From: Zygnema circumcarinatum SAG 698-1b
Lineage: Eukaryota > Plantae > Zygnematophyceae
Assembly: GCA_037447605.1 (NCBI GenBank)
Contig: CM074815.1
Coordinates: 124,001-188,000 of the forward strand
Length of the DNA: 64,000 bases
Reading direction: 5' to 3'
The translations under genes were made by a program, and so were the position numbers. The notes below the pieces were generated by a model, which was not told the DNA's origin, ran no database searches, and saw only the letters and a program-made list of their open reading frames with translations. Shown in pieces: positions 26,061-39,681 of the stretch (positions are counted from its first letter, which is position 1; every line of letters begins with the position of its first letter).

Positions 26061-28745
26061 CTATGTCTTCCCCCTCCTCGCCGCCAGTATGGTGGCGAGG
26101 AGCACAATTCCGCCTCCAAAATACCCTAACGGAGCGATCCTTTCGCCAAGGAAACCGGCAGCAAACAGAGCGGCCCATACAGGCTGCAAGGAGTACAGGA
26201 CCTGAGGGCACAGAAAGTCAACAAATCTTAAATCAGCATAAATCTTCGAGAAAGGGAATGAAAAAAAGAAAAACTTTCGAAGATGTGAAGTAGCAGGAGT
26301 GGCAATGGGGCTCATTCAGTACAATATATATATATATAGATTTTATGTTTTAGATTTACCTGCGCTTCCGCTGCGGGCACAACGCTTTGCCCCAACGTTT
26401 GAAGCAGCGCCGCTATGGCTCCGCACCCGATAGCAGAAAAAGCTACGGCCAATAGCACACTGCCATCTGTCCAACTCTCCCACAACGTGCCAAGCTCCTT
26501 CCCTGCACTCGACCCAAAACAAGAAAAAATAAGGCTATGTAAAAACAAAGAGGGGAGGGGGAGGGGGAGGGGGGAGGGGGAGGGGAGGGGGGAGGGGGAG
26601 GGGGAGGGGGGAGGGGGAGGGGGGAGGAGGGGAGGGGGAGTGGAGGGGAGGGGGGAGGGGGAGGGGGAGGGGAGGGGGAGGGGGAGGGGGAGGGGAGGGG
26701 GAGGGGAGGGGGGAGGGGGAGGGGGAGGGGAGGGGGAGGGGGGAGGGGGAGGGGGAGGGGGAGGAGGGGAGGGGGAGGGGGAGGGGGAGGGGGAGGGGGA
26801 GGGGGGAGGGGGAGGGGGAGGGGGAGGGGGAGGGGGAGGGGGGAGGGGGAGGGGGAGGGGGAGGGGGAGGGGAGGGGGAGGGGAGGGAGGGGGGAGGGGA
26901 GGGGGAGGGGGGGGGGACGCAAGCCACTGGGTTGGGAGAGGGAATGACCGACTCGCTCTCTTCCTCTCTCGCACTCTCTCGCCCCCTCTCCCTCTCTCTC
27001 TCCTCTCTCGCAGTCTCACCCCACGACTGACTAAAATATTTCGCCCAACAGATTCAGAGAGAGGGTAAGTAAAACTGACGAATCAAAATTTTGGGATTTT
27101 GAACGGCCCCCAAAGGGAACATGCCCTTACCTTGAGCGGCCATGGCCCAGAGGTCAACTCCGGTCCACGCTCCGGACAAGACGAGTGCGACAAACATATT
27201 AACGGTCGTCAAACGAATGGCGGGAAACTTTCTCGCATGAGAGCCGAGTCGGACAGTTGTGAGGGCAAAAAAGAATGCAGCCGAGAGCACTCCCATGTCG
27301 CCCAATAGCGTGTCTTCAGAAGGACAAGGGGCGCCTCTGCCATCCAATTCAGGAGTGACACGTGGCAGAAAAAAAAAATCAGCAAGGAGAGTGACAAAGG
27401 AAGGGAGTGAGGGCAACCAAGGGGGAAAAAGAGCTGAGGGTGTATAGAGGGAGAAAGGAGGGCAAGGGAGAGAAAAACGACAAGGGGAGTAAGGGAGAAG
27501 TGGGAGAGAGTTGTAGATAGGAGCGGGACGGGGGAAGGCGGAGAGGGAGAAAGAGAGAGTGTGAGAGAGAGAGAGAGACACGAACTTCGCAGGCAAACGA
27601 TGTACTTTGAAAATTTTCAGATGAATTTTTAGATGGAATGAAGTGAGTTACAGAAGCAAAGATGAGGCGAATAACAAAAGACCAGAGGAGGCCGACTGCC
27701 TGACCACTCACTTACACATGTCAGTAGTTGCCAGTTCCGTATTCTCTGCCACGTCAGCAGTGCCGAGACTGGTGGAGGAGGCCAGCAGGGCGATGCCGCC
27801 GAGTGCCAGCGAGGCAGCTGCCCACGTGGACGCAGGAATTTCCTCTCCAGAAAATGCGGATAGGAGGGGGACCAAAATATTCGAAATTTGAACTTCAAAA
27901 CCAGCACGGGTGGCAGTGGTGTATTCGAGTGCTGACGTCTGCGAAAGCAGGAGGGAGAGGAGGGAGAGGAGGAGGGAGAGGTTGGATGTTTGGAGAACGG
28001 GAGAGGGAGAGAGGAGGACGAGGAGAGGGAGAAGGGGAGGGAGAGGGGAAGGGAGAAAGAGAAGGAGAAGGAGAAGCGAGGGACAGAAAGGGTTGATGAG
28101 AGAGAGAGAGAAGGCAAGGAAAGAGCGCGTGCACTCTCTCTCTCTCTCTCTCTCCCTCCCTTCCTCTCTCGCTTTCTTCTACTCACTTGCAATGATGCCC
28201 CTACGAATGACCACACCCCGAGATCGATTCCGGCTGCCCACACCGAGCGGTCTCCCAACCACTCCCACCAATTTTCATTGGATGCAATGTTTACTCTCTC
28301 CTCTTGATTCGTTGAGTCCTTAGAAGAAATGGAGGCCATGGCTTGCTCCTCAAATGGGAGGAGGAGGAGGAAGAATGTGACGGAGATAGCTGCAGTTACA
28401 TTCACGATAACGGATTACAGGAGTTCAAGTTTTCATTCACAAGGTGCTCTCTGCCGCGGTCAGAAAGAAGCTGATGAGAGAGAGTTTTACCACACACAAC
28501 AAAAGCATGACCTAAAAGAGCGGAAGACTGAGGCTTTAGGAATCATTGAGCGTGTATGCGTTGATCCAATTAAGGTTTGCTTTGAGCCAACTGTTACGCA
28601 CAGTCGAGAGATCAAGATTATGGAATAGTTCAAGTATAAATAGGAGACTAAACACAATTAAGGTCCAAAATCGACCGAACAAATGTAGATGACCATTGAA
28701 AAACGGGAGCGGTGGGGGAGAGAGAGAGAGAGGGTGGGAGAGGGA

Positions 28746-28813
<68 letters not shown>

Positions 28814-29429
28814 GGAAGGAGGGAGAGAGAGAGAGAGAGAGAGCAGTCGAATCACCTTTGCGGACGAATGTGAGAACACTTGCATGAGGTGGCCCCGGCT
28901 GAGAATAAATATACCGCAAGAGCACACCGTATACGCCCCATAACACCGTCACTCCGAGTAGCAAAATCCTCCCTAAGGGAACTCCAATGGTACTCAGTTC
29001 ATCTTTATCCCTCTCCCGTGCACTACCACCCTCCCTCCTTTCATCCCTCTCGCCCTCCCCTTCTCCTCCTCTACCGATTCCTTCTTCTCCTCTACCCTCT
29101 CCCTCTTCGCTCAAGCCTTCTCCTTCCCCTGCTCTAGATAATCCCTGCCTCCTCTTACAACAAACCCTAATACTGCCGCCATACATGTCATGCATATCTC
29201 CATGTCTATGCATGACTCCACAATGACCATCACTCACATTCCCATCCCGACCCATAGAGGTCTTTGCAACCCTAATGCCCCCCTGAACCCTAACCCTGAC
29301 TCTAACCCTAACCCTAATTTTGGAATCCCAGGCATCCCCTCCAGAAAGTCCCATGGCCTGGCTTCGCCTGCATGTGCGCGCATGGCCTCCGTCCCGCCGC
29401 AGAGAACACGCCCAAGGGCTTTGCAACAT
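26061..29429 (-). CDS. EamA/DMT (drug-metabolite transporter) family membrane protein; start codon uncertain (29429 or 29255)
   Basis: Exons ...-28856, 28389-28187, 27938-27712, 27336-27131, 26502-26360, 26201-26061. GRILLLGVTVLWG, ALEYTTATRAGF, LLGDMGVLSAAFFFA, LQTLGQSVVPAAEAQ|VLYSLQPVWAALFAAGFLGE: two EamA repeats. Confidence 0.85.
26550..26915. repeat. (GAGGGG)n hexamer array in an EamA intron
   Basis: Visible GAGGGG periodicity; G-quadruplex-type composition. Confidence 0.9.
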
Positions 29430-29784
29430 GGGGTAGGGCAGATTCGGGGTTTCAGATCAGGATCAAGATAGTGAAGGAATTGAATACCGAAGGAGGCGAA
29501 CAGGACAGCTTCAACTTGCGGAATTTATAAAGTAAAAATTCTGCGCAAGTGAGGGGTCGCGTTCACTGTTTCGTTGACGTTGACTCCACAAGGGGCCGCC
29601 ACGTGACAAGTCTGACACGTGTCGATCTGCCTGCAAGCCACGTGTACCGTATGTGAGGAATCTAAACACTCAACCCTAACCCTAACGACAAAGCCCAAGC
29701 CCTGACCTAAAGAACCTCGTCCCTTAGCTAGAGTATCAGCATGCGCGAGTGCAGAAAGAAAACAGAAAGGGAGCTCTTCCAGCC

Positions 29785-31144
29785 ATGGCGGAGGGCGGCG
29801 GAGTCCCCGAGGAGACCGTGGAATGCGCCGTGATTGGCGCTGGCGTGGTGGGGCTCGCTGTAGCGCGCCACGTGGCGGAGGGCGGGCGGGAGGTGGTGCT
29901 GCTAGAGGCGGCGGGCGCCATAGGGACCGCAACGAGCTCCCGCAACAGCGAGGTCGTCCATGGCGGCCTCTACTACCCGCCGGGGAGCCTCAAGGTTTCG
30001 GCCTCATACTGGAGGGTGGAGTGAGGCCTTAGGAGGGGAGTCTTTTCGATGGGGTATGGAGCAGTATGCATATTGTTTTATTTGTTTATTTGTTTGTTGT
30101 TTAGTTGTTTTTGGTCGGGAGATCTTTAGGGTTGGTGATGGGTCGAAGGTGAGAGCTGTCATTGATTTGGACAGTGGGCCAAACCCTTTACTTTGGGTGT
30201 TGGGCAAGGAGCCCGAAAGGTATCTCTGCAGGGCTCGGATCTGCGTTTGCTTCAATTCTATTGTTGAATCGAAGTTCAATCTCATCGAAAGTAATTGAAG
30301 TTAGACTGAATCTGGAATTCAATCCATCACATTGTGCTGTTCCCTTGCGCAGGCGAAGCTGTGTGTGGAAGGAAGGCGCGAACTGTATCGCTTCTGTGAA
30401 GAGCATGGAGTTGGTTACAAGAAAACGGGCAAACTCATCGTAGCCACAAGCCCCAAGGAGCTTCACAAACTCGACGACCTCATGGTATGCATCTCCTCAT
30501 CATCGCACTTAGCACTTTCCAACATGTATGCACTTCGTCCAAGCTTTCAAACATCGAAATCATTTCTAAACCAGCACATTATGTAAACCAGTCTAGAGGC
30601 AATCAGAGGGAGAGAGGGGGGAAGGGGGAGAGGGAGAGACAGAGACAGAGAGGGAAACGGAGAGAGAGAGAGAGGGAGAAATGGGTAGGGGGGCGGGAAC
30701 GCGTGGAGGGGGGAGGGGGACGGCCCACGGGAGGGGAGAGGCTAAGTGGGAGCGAGATGGGGAGGAAGTGGGAGGCGGGGGCCTTGGGCTGCGGGACGGG
30801 GACAGGAGGAGGGGGAGAGGGGGAGGGGAGCGGGAAAGGGGGGGGGGGGGGGTGGTAGGGGGAGAGGGAGGAAGGAGCGACGGGATGGCAACGGGGGGGG
30901 GGAGGAGGGAGGGGGGAGGGGGGGGGGGGCGGAGAGAGAGAGTCCTAAAGCCTGACAGTGAACCAAGGAGAGGCAGTGGCGGGCCTGCAGACGCGAGGGC
31001 TCAAAAACGGAGTGGAGGGTTTGAGGATGGTGACGAGGGAGGAGGCTGCGGAGCTCGAGCCGAATGTTGTCTGTGAGAGAGCCCTGCTCTCTCCTGAGAC
31101 CGGAATTGTGGACAGCCATGCGCTTATGCTGGGATATCTGGTAT

Positions 31145-31216
<72 letters not shown>

Positions 31217-32136
31217 GTCACTTTCTCTACCTTGTACTCACCCTTTCTCCCTCTCCCTCTCACTCTCTCTCAGCCTCACTTTCCCCTCGCTTTCTCTATC
31301 TCTCGCTCGTTCTAGTCTTCTATGTCAAGCTATTGTAGACTTTTCGTTTCCCTATCACACTCTGTATTGCTTTATTGAAACGTTTCCGACTTTCTCGCCT
31401 GGCAAACTTTCTTGCTGTGATTCCAACAAGCTTTGTCAAATGCAGGGTGATGCAGAAAGCCATGGTGCCACCGTTGCATTCAACACGACCGTGCTACATG
31501 GAAAGGCAACGGATTCCGGAATTCTGTTGGATATATGTGACACTCCTCCGTTAGACTTTGATTCCCAACCCACATCTCCATCCCCCAAAACTCACCCTTT
31601 TATGCATACCCAAACAACAGTATCCAATTCCAGTGGGAACACTTCCGAGCCCCCTAAACCCCCCCCCTCTGAACCCCCCTCCCTCCCTCCTCCTCTCACT
31701 ATGAGACTGCGCGCCAAGTATGTAGTAAATGCCGCCGGTCTTGATGCGATTCCGGTAGCCAATCGGATCGCAGGAATTCGGATCGGAGCAATCCCAAAGC
31801 GCCACCTGGCGCGAGGGTGCTACTTTACTTTATCAGGGGGCGGCCCCCCTCCCTTTCGGTCCCTGATTTATCCTTTAGCGGAGGAGGGGGGGGGCGGGCT
31901 GGGGGTGCACGTCACGGTGGACATGGGCGGGCAGGTAAAATTTGGGCCGGATGTGGAATGGCTGCCCGAACCTCCGGTCTACCGGAAATATTTTTCAAGG
32001 TGAGGGAGCTGGACTTGGGTCCTTGAAGCTTTGAAAGAACTGAAACCGAGGTTTCAGTTTCTTCAAGGTTATTGGTTTATAAGGGGAATGTAGTTTTAGG
32101 GGAAGCTTAACCTTTATTCTTGGATCTATGAATTTT

Positions 32137-32178
<42 letters not shown>

Positions 32179-32728
32179 GGGGGGNNNNNNNNNNGGGGGG
32201 AGTAGGTATGACTACACTGTGGACCCAAAAAGAGTTGAAAAATTCTACCCCGAGATTCGGAAATATTTTCCGGGTCTGCCCGATGGGAGCTTGCAGGCCG
32301 CCTATTCGGGCATCCGCCCAAAAGTTTCCGGACCCTCTCAACCTGCCGCGGACTTTGTCATTCAGGTCAGTCAGTCAGTCAGTCAGTCAGTCAGTCAGTC
32401 AGTCTGTCAGTCAGCCAGCCAGGCTCCGTGCGGTGTAACTGAAACTGTAACTGTGAAGCAAAGGGAAGAAGCTCGCATTATCTCGACTTTGGGTTACATT
32501 CCGACCTCTATTTCACATTTATTTTTACATATATTTTTTTTAGTAAATTCATCTAATTTCCTTTGAATCAGATCGGTGTGTTTTATTTTTTTTTCTTCTT
32601 TACAACAGGGTCCCGCGGCGCACGGCGTGGCCGGCCTCGTGAACCTTTTCGGGGTGGAGTCGCCCGGCCTCACCGCCGCGCTCGCCATTGCGCGCCATGT
32701 CAAGAAGCTGCTCATGGTTCTGCCTTGA
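29785..32728 (+). CDS. L2HGDH: L-2-hydroxyglutarate dehydrogenase (FAD-dependent oxidoreductase)
   Basis: Exons 29785-29994, 30353-30484, 30991-31140, 31446-31999, 32206-32365, 32609-32728. [85 protein letters not shown]. Confidence 0.93.
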
Positions 32729-34379
32729 ACCATGCATGTGCATGCATGGTTACAACATTACAACACGTTGTGCAACTGAATTTCTACTTTTGTTCGTTGT
32801 GTCATGAACTGCGACTCTCAACTTGACTTTGAAGTGCGAAACTACCTCACATAGAACCCGGACCACTCTCCGTTAAAGTTCCGTTGGAGGCCCAACAAAG
32901 ACATGGGACGCGACGCAGCCGGAATTGTGCCAACGCTCAACGGAGCAGCGCAGCACAGAACGGCACAGTACATAACGGGACAGAATGACGCAGTAGCACT
33001 GGACGGAGCGATTTTGATTTTGCCACAAGGAAAGCCGACTGAAATTTTTCCCCGAATCGCCGCCAACTAATCATTTCCCTCCGCGGCGAGTCCTTGGGCC
33101 GCACTAGCCGACGCGTCGCCACGTGGCAGTCCCGTCCTGACTCTTCACCCTTCATCGACATCGGTACGGCCCATTTCGTCGTTTACGATCTTTCTGTACG
33201 CCCGAGTGTGTCGTTTACTGCCGTTCTGTACGGCCCACTTTGCTGTTCCGGCGTTGTTTGTACGAAATATTTTGTCGTATTTAATTTGTCCGTATGGTGT
33301 CTCTCCGTGGCCGACACGACCTCCTGGAACGATCCGCGCCGCGTCTCCGGTCGTACCAAGTAGCACGTCGGTCCAAAAATTTGGACTTGTCGAGTATTGT
33401 GCAAATCGAGAAGCTGCCACGTGTCCCTTTAAAATTTGGCCGGATCTGCCCGCCCAGCGGCCCGCCGCCTCGCCTCCCCCTGACGGCTACCTGTGAGCGA
33501 CTTCAGATCTCAAAACGACAAAATTTGTACAGGGTCGACGGTTAAGATAAGAGGTCAAACACAAACGACAAAATCACAGAACATCGAAAATGTGTAACTT
33601 TTTGTCATTTTGTGGCAAAGTGTCTTTGTCGTTTATCGTCGTCTCGACCACGATGTACGAATCGTACAGGCAGGAATTGCCGCCCAGGGCCGCAGCCGCC
33701 GCGGGCAGGACAAGAGTTTTTGGACGCTAGCGTCCGCAGACGCGTCCGTACGAACGGTCCGAGTGGCCGCGCGCTCGGACAAGTGCGGCGGTTATTCCGC
33801 GCTGCCCGAAAACGAAACGATTGCCATTCAGGGCGCTGATTGGCGGAAAGGATTGTTTTGAGCTGCCCGCGGGCCTCCGCGATTGGTTCCGCGGCATGGG
33901 AAGGGGCGGCCGCCCGGCAGCCTAACTGTCGGGGAGCGGAGAGGAGCCGCGGGGGAGCGGGAGAGGGAGAGGGAGAGGGAGAGGGAGGGAGAGGGAGGGA
34001 GAGGGAGGGAGAGGGAGGNNNNNNNNNNGAGGGAGGGAGAGGGAGGGAGAGGGAGAGGGAGGGAGAGGGAGAGGGAGAGGCAGAGGGAGAGGGCGAGGCA
34101 GAGGGGGAGGAGGGAGGTGGGGGAGAGGGAGGGAGAAGGAGAGGGAGACGGGAGAGAGGAAGAGGTGGGAGACGGAGAGTGGGGGAGAGAGGGGGAGAAG
34201 GGGGAAGAGGGAGGCAGCGAGAGGGAGAGGGGGGGAGGCAGAGTTAGGTGGGTGGGTAGAGGACGAGGATAGGGGAGGAAAGTAGAAGAGGCGAGTGAGA
34301 GAGAGAGACAGAGGAAGAGAGAGACGGGGTTCAGAGGGAAGGCGGAGGAGGGCGAGAGAGAAGCGAGGGGGAAGGCGCC

Positions 34380-35434
34380 ATGGCGGCGAGCTCGCAGCTG
34401 GAGATTCTCGACCAAGTCAACGTCCCCTCCTCGAATCACGACCCGCCACGTGGCGCGACTCCCCAGAGCAGCCCCGTGCTGCACCGCCAGCAGACAATGC
34501 GCGCCGCCAGTGGCGGCGTTGGCCGCAGGGAAAACGACGACGACGACGACGAGGACGACGACGACGACGGCAATGATGATGATGATCACGAGGACGACCT
34601 TGACTTTGACCTGAACCGCTTCCGGCGCACCCTGACGGAGATCCACTACTTGAAGAAGGAGGAGGACGAGTTCTATGCGCGCGAGCGGCGCCGCTTCCTC
34701 CGCTCCGCCACGCTCGTGCAGACGTCGGCCCCGCCCCTGAACCCTAAACCCGCCGCCAAAACCCTCAAAGCCTCCAGCAAAACCTTCCGCTCCTTCAAGG
34801 CCCTCAAGGCCACGTCACAGCCCCCCCCGATGAAGTCAGCAGCAGCAGCAGCAGCAGGGACACGTGGCAGCCAGGGGCGCGGACACGTGGCAACGGAAAG
34901 GCGGTTCGGGTGGCGACAGGTGGCGCTCCCTGAGAGGCTGAAGGAGAGCCTCCACAATGACGTGGCAGCAGCAGCCGGAGGAGGGTCGAGGCTGGAAAGC
35001 TTCCGGAAGCTTCGCGCGATTCCCCTCTTCATCCCCCCCGGGGCCGCGTCCTCCGCCGACGAAAGCCCCCAAACCTTCAGGACCAGCCGCTCCGCGCCGG
35101 CCAATGCGGCGCTGCCACCTGGCGCGGGGAGGGAGCAGCCGGGGGGTGCGGCCAGCGACGGGGGCTATCGGACGGCGGTCAAAGCGGGAGGAGGGGGTGG
35201 GGGCGCAGCCACAGGCACAGGCTCGAAAAATGGAGGATTAGGGTTAGGGTTAGGGGGGGGGGTAGCGGCGGGGGGGAGGAAGAAGGCGGCGGCGCTGAAC
35301 ACTTCTCCGGCGGATGATGATGAGGAGCCTTTGAGGGGCCCCTTTCAACGGAGCAAGACGGAGAGGATCGGAGGAGGTGGGGGAGGAGGAGGAGGAGGAG
35401 GAGGAGGAGGAGGAGGAATATTGAAGTCCCCCCC

Positions 35435-35470
<36 letters not shown>

Positions 35471-37064
35471 TGCTCCGCAAGTGACGGTGCCGCCCCATCT
35501 TTTGGAGCTTCTCCACAAAGCGCCGACTCCGAGTGTGCGAGGAGGAGGGGGGGCTAATTCTGCGATTAGCAGTAACAATTGGCAGAAGGTTGGGGCTGCT
35601 AACGGTAGTGTGAATCAGGTTAAGGGGGAGGATGGTCGGTCGTTGGGGCAGCACAGGAGGTGGATCAACATGTTTGCAGGCACGAGAAGTGCTGCAATTA
35701 GGTCGCAGACTGTTCGGCTGAGCGGGGTTCATGGGGGCAATGGGGTGAATGCCACTAATATCACTAATATGATAAATGGAGTTAATGGGGTTAATGGGTC
35801 TGTTGGGGTTAATGGGGGACTTGTGAAGGAGGAGGCGGTGAAGACGAAAGAGGTGACGAGTTTGAAGGGGCAGTTGATTCGGGTGAAGAGTATAGGGAGA
35901 GATGGAGGGAGAGGGAGGGGGGAGATAGAGGCAGAAGAAGTGGCGGAGATTGAGGAGTGGGAAAATGGAAGGTCGTTTCAGAGGTCAGTGACGACGGGCG
36001 GAATAATGAGAAGTTGGGGACTGAAAAAAGGCGCCATGAAAAGGGAGGAAGCCGAAGATTGGGGTGCAAATGGGGTAGATGTGGAGGATGAGTTTGTGCC
36101 TCTCTGTGAAGTTTACGTCCCCCAAAAGATGGGTACAAATGGGGTACGCGGCGAGAAACAGAATTTTGTGGAGAATGAGAGGAAGGAGGAGGAGGAGGAG
36201 GAGGAGGAGGAGGTAATGTGGGCTTCAGTTGAATATGTCGAAGGGGGTACACATGAAGTAAAGTTGGTAGAAAGAGAAAAGTTTGACAAAAACGAGGCAA
36301 GCAGCGTTCAGATTGAAATTGAGGAGTTGGAGATTTCAGAAAGTTCCATGAAGGTGGAGGAGAAGGTGATGCTGGTAGAGGAGGGGGAGGATGTAACGGG
36401 TGTCAGAGAGAAGGAAAGCTTCCAAAGAGTGATGATGTTGGAGGAGGAGAGTGATGTTGAGGGTGTCGTCGGAGGAAAGGTGGATGTTGGCACCAAAACT
36501 GAAACTGAAACTGAAACTCAAATTGTACGCACAGAAGTGCAGTTGAAACTCGGCCCAGATGAAGCTACGGAGGTCTCCTCCACAATGGACCTGCAATTGT
36601 TGCCGCTGAGGGAAACAACGGAGAAGTGTGACATGGAACCCCGGCGAACAGCAGCTTACATGATCAACAGGGAGGACTCCTCCGGATCAAAAGACTTGAA
36701 ATCAGATTTCTCGCAGGAATCGGACGCCATTCGTTTCATGTCGAAGAGGAAGATTGGCGGCGGGTCGGAACTCGAATTAAGCACTGAAGATTCGTGGAGT
36801 GGGGAAGATTTCAACCGGTTTAATTCCATTGATTCAGCCGAAGAGATTGATCGCCAAGTGTCCTCCTCGGCAGAGAGGGAAGAAGAAAGAATGGAGAGCT
36901 CCGTTTGCCCCGTTTGTACCCATTCTGAGGGGGAGGGGAAAGAAAAGGAAAAGGTAGAAGAGGAATTTCTGGATATAAATTTGACTGAAGCCAAGGAACA
37001 AGGCGAGAGTGGGAAACATAGTCTGCGGCCCCACTACATAAGGGTAAGATATGCCTGCACTCTA

Positions 37065-37160
<96 letters not shown>

Positions 37161-37522
37161 CCCGTCTCTCTGTCTTTCTGCCTCTCTCTGTTTCTCCCAA
37201 TCCTCCCTATGTCGCCGTTCCTGTCTTCCATCTCTCCTTCTCCTCTCTCCCTATCGCTCTCTCCCAACCTTCCCTTCTTACTTTAAATTTGTCATCGTCT
37301 AAACTGACTGTATTCTTGACGTTCTGTTACATGCAGTGTTTCAAATGTGGAGAGAACTTACTTTTACCGAGAGAGACCATGGAAGCGGTTACATCTGGTT
37401 CAACGGATTCAACGGATTTCTGTTCCCTCCACTGTTCTGCCTGCTCCTTTGAACATCCTCTCACTTGCGTGGAGCAGAAGGGCAAGACGTACATGGCCAT
37501 TGTCATCGAACATGAAGTTTAA
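34380..37522 (+). CDS. Large low-complexity protein with a C-terminal CxxC...CxxC zinc ribbon (EDR4/zinc_ribbon_12-like)
   Basis: Exon 34380-37043 (888 codons with poly-D, G, Q, E tracts) joins in phase 0 to exon 37337-37522: HYIR|CFKCGENLLLP...LHCSACSFEHPL, resembling the PFITCxxCFELLQLP...LRCGAC pattern. Confidence 0.7.
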
Positions 37523-38278
37523 ACTCAGGGTCAGGGGGGTGTGCGCCTTTTGGTCGGAACTGAGGATCGAAGCATAGAAATAGCAGCATGCTTTTGTTCC
37601 GTTTTGGTGCCACGCTCCGTCCAACGGCATACATAGATAGGTGTCGCCTCGTGTTGAATTTACTGCGAGTCTTTGTCTTAATGTATTGAGAAATGGGGAT
37701 CTGCAGGAGATGTTTAACAGCAGAGAGGAATAGCAGAATGTGCATAGGGGTTGTTCTACATTTTATATCATGTCGCCTGGTGTAGATCTTGGATGCTTTA
37801 TCCGCACTTATAATGGTGCAGAATATGCAGTATGATGTAGAACAAAGCGGAGTAACGGGGCCGGATATACCTTCTTTCTTTATGTAAAGGGAATTATATT
37901 TATTTTTTCAAGGAGACCTGTTTGCTGGCTCTCACTTGCACCCAACTATTTTCGTCTTCTTCAGTACAGATCTGCCTGCTTGGAGCTTCTTTAAGGTTGA
38001 CAAAACATCTGATGTATACCAATGTGAACACGGTTGTGACCCATCTTTATAACTTTTTCGAAGGGGGTATACAAGTTCGAGCATAATAACTAGAACAAGG
38101 TTGGTTGGTTCCGTTCCAAGGTACACTTTCAACCCGTAGAGGGAACGCTCCTCTGTTTGGTGGAAATAAAAATCTTCACAACATCGACAGCTTACACGAT
38201 GGAAAAGAGGGAAGAAAAAATAATGGAAAGAAGCCGCCCTAAGCGGAACAAACCCATCTTCCGAATAATACTTTAATC

Positions 38279-38799
38279 TCATCCCTCTTTCTCCTCCCTC
38301 TCCCCCCCCTCCTCCCCCTCCCCATGCCCTACCACTGCCATGTCAACCACACCGTGTGTTCCTGTTGTTCTTTCATGCCCACCTCTATGCCCATCTTCAT
38401 GCCCATGTCCATGTCCATGCCCATGCCCATGCCCATGCCCATGCCTGGGCCTATGCCTATGGCCATGCCCATGCTCCGAGGATGATGATGGCACCGTTCC
38501 GGATGACTCTCCCATGCATGCCCTCAGCCTCTCCTCCTCCGCCTCCATCTCCTCCGCATCCATGACCTGCCCCTGAGCCATGAGCTGCTTCAGCTTCCTG
38601 TACTCGTCATAGTGCTTCCTCCGCTGCGCCTTGAACTCTTCCCTCTCCTCCTTCGACCCTTCACTGTCATCCAAACTCTCGTCCTGAAAGCTAACTTGCT
38701 CCTTTCCGGGCCTCCGGCTCCTCGTGGTTTCCTCCTGGGATCCTGCTGCGCAAATAGCAATCACCGTTCAGATGCACACCTTAAGTCAAATTTAAACGA

Positions 38800-38845
<46 letters not shown>

Positions 38846-39681
38846 GAGGGAGAGACAGAGGTGAGAGGAAAGAAACCAAGCCGTAAGAATCCTGAATCTC
38901 CTAACAAAGAATTCATTTTCTTACCACTCCTGTCATCATAATCACTGAGTTCATCCTCCGAGGAAGTCCAGCCTCCTCTCCCTCCTCCTCTCTTCCCTCC
39001 CTCCCTCTCCCCCCCCTCCCCCCCCGAGTCCTTCAAGCTCTCTCCCTCACTGCTGGAAGCCATTTGGCAGAGCGCGTTCCGAATGGCTTCCGCGTGATCC
39101 GCATCATCGCCGCTGTGCGAGTGAAAGGGGGAAAAGCCCTCTCCTGAACCCCGCCGGAAATTAGGGATAGGTTAGCCCGAAGCCCCATGAAGTTTCGGGC
39201 TTCCAATTAGGGTTAGCAGTATGGCAGCAGAGCTTCAATTTAGGGTTTCGAATTCAACTCTAGCATAGGAGTTCACATTTGGGTCGTGCATTAGGGTTTC
39301 GCATTAGATTTTTGTAAGGGGAGTTTGGTTTGAAGCTTCACATTACAGTTTAACGCCAACCCTTACAAATTAGGGCCTCTGAGGGATCTGCTGGTGATAA
39401 CTTGACTTGTTCAAAGAATCAAAGAACGGTTGTGTTTCAAGGTCTTGAAGCTGCGGGTTGATTAGGGTTTGGGGGGCGCATTAACTCGAGGTTCATTCAT
39501 TTCATCATCATCATCATCATCATTTCACCATTAAAAAAATGTCCCTGTGACATAATAGGTCTCACCGTCAGAGTCGACGGAGAGCTGATGGAACGGCGTT
39601 TTTGGTTCCGTAATTTTCTGTCGAGGCCAACGGTGGGCCTCATTGAAGTCGAGATTTTCCTCGTCCCACAGAACCTTCCTT
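38279..39681 (-). CDS. Protein phosphatase 1 inhibitor-2 (IPP-2); short first exon not located
   Basis: Exons 39681-39566, 39143-38925, 38745-38279. RKVLWDEEN (RVxF-type), QKITEPKTPFH, AEAIRNAL, GGWTSSEDE, FKAQRRKHYDEY match plant inhibitor-2 motifs. Confidence 0.88.
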
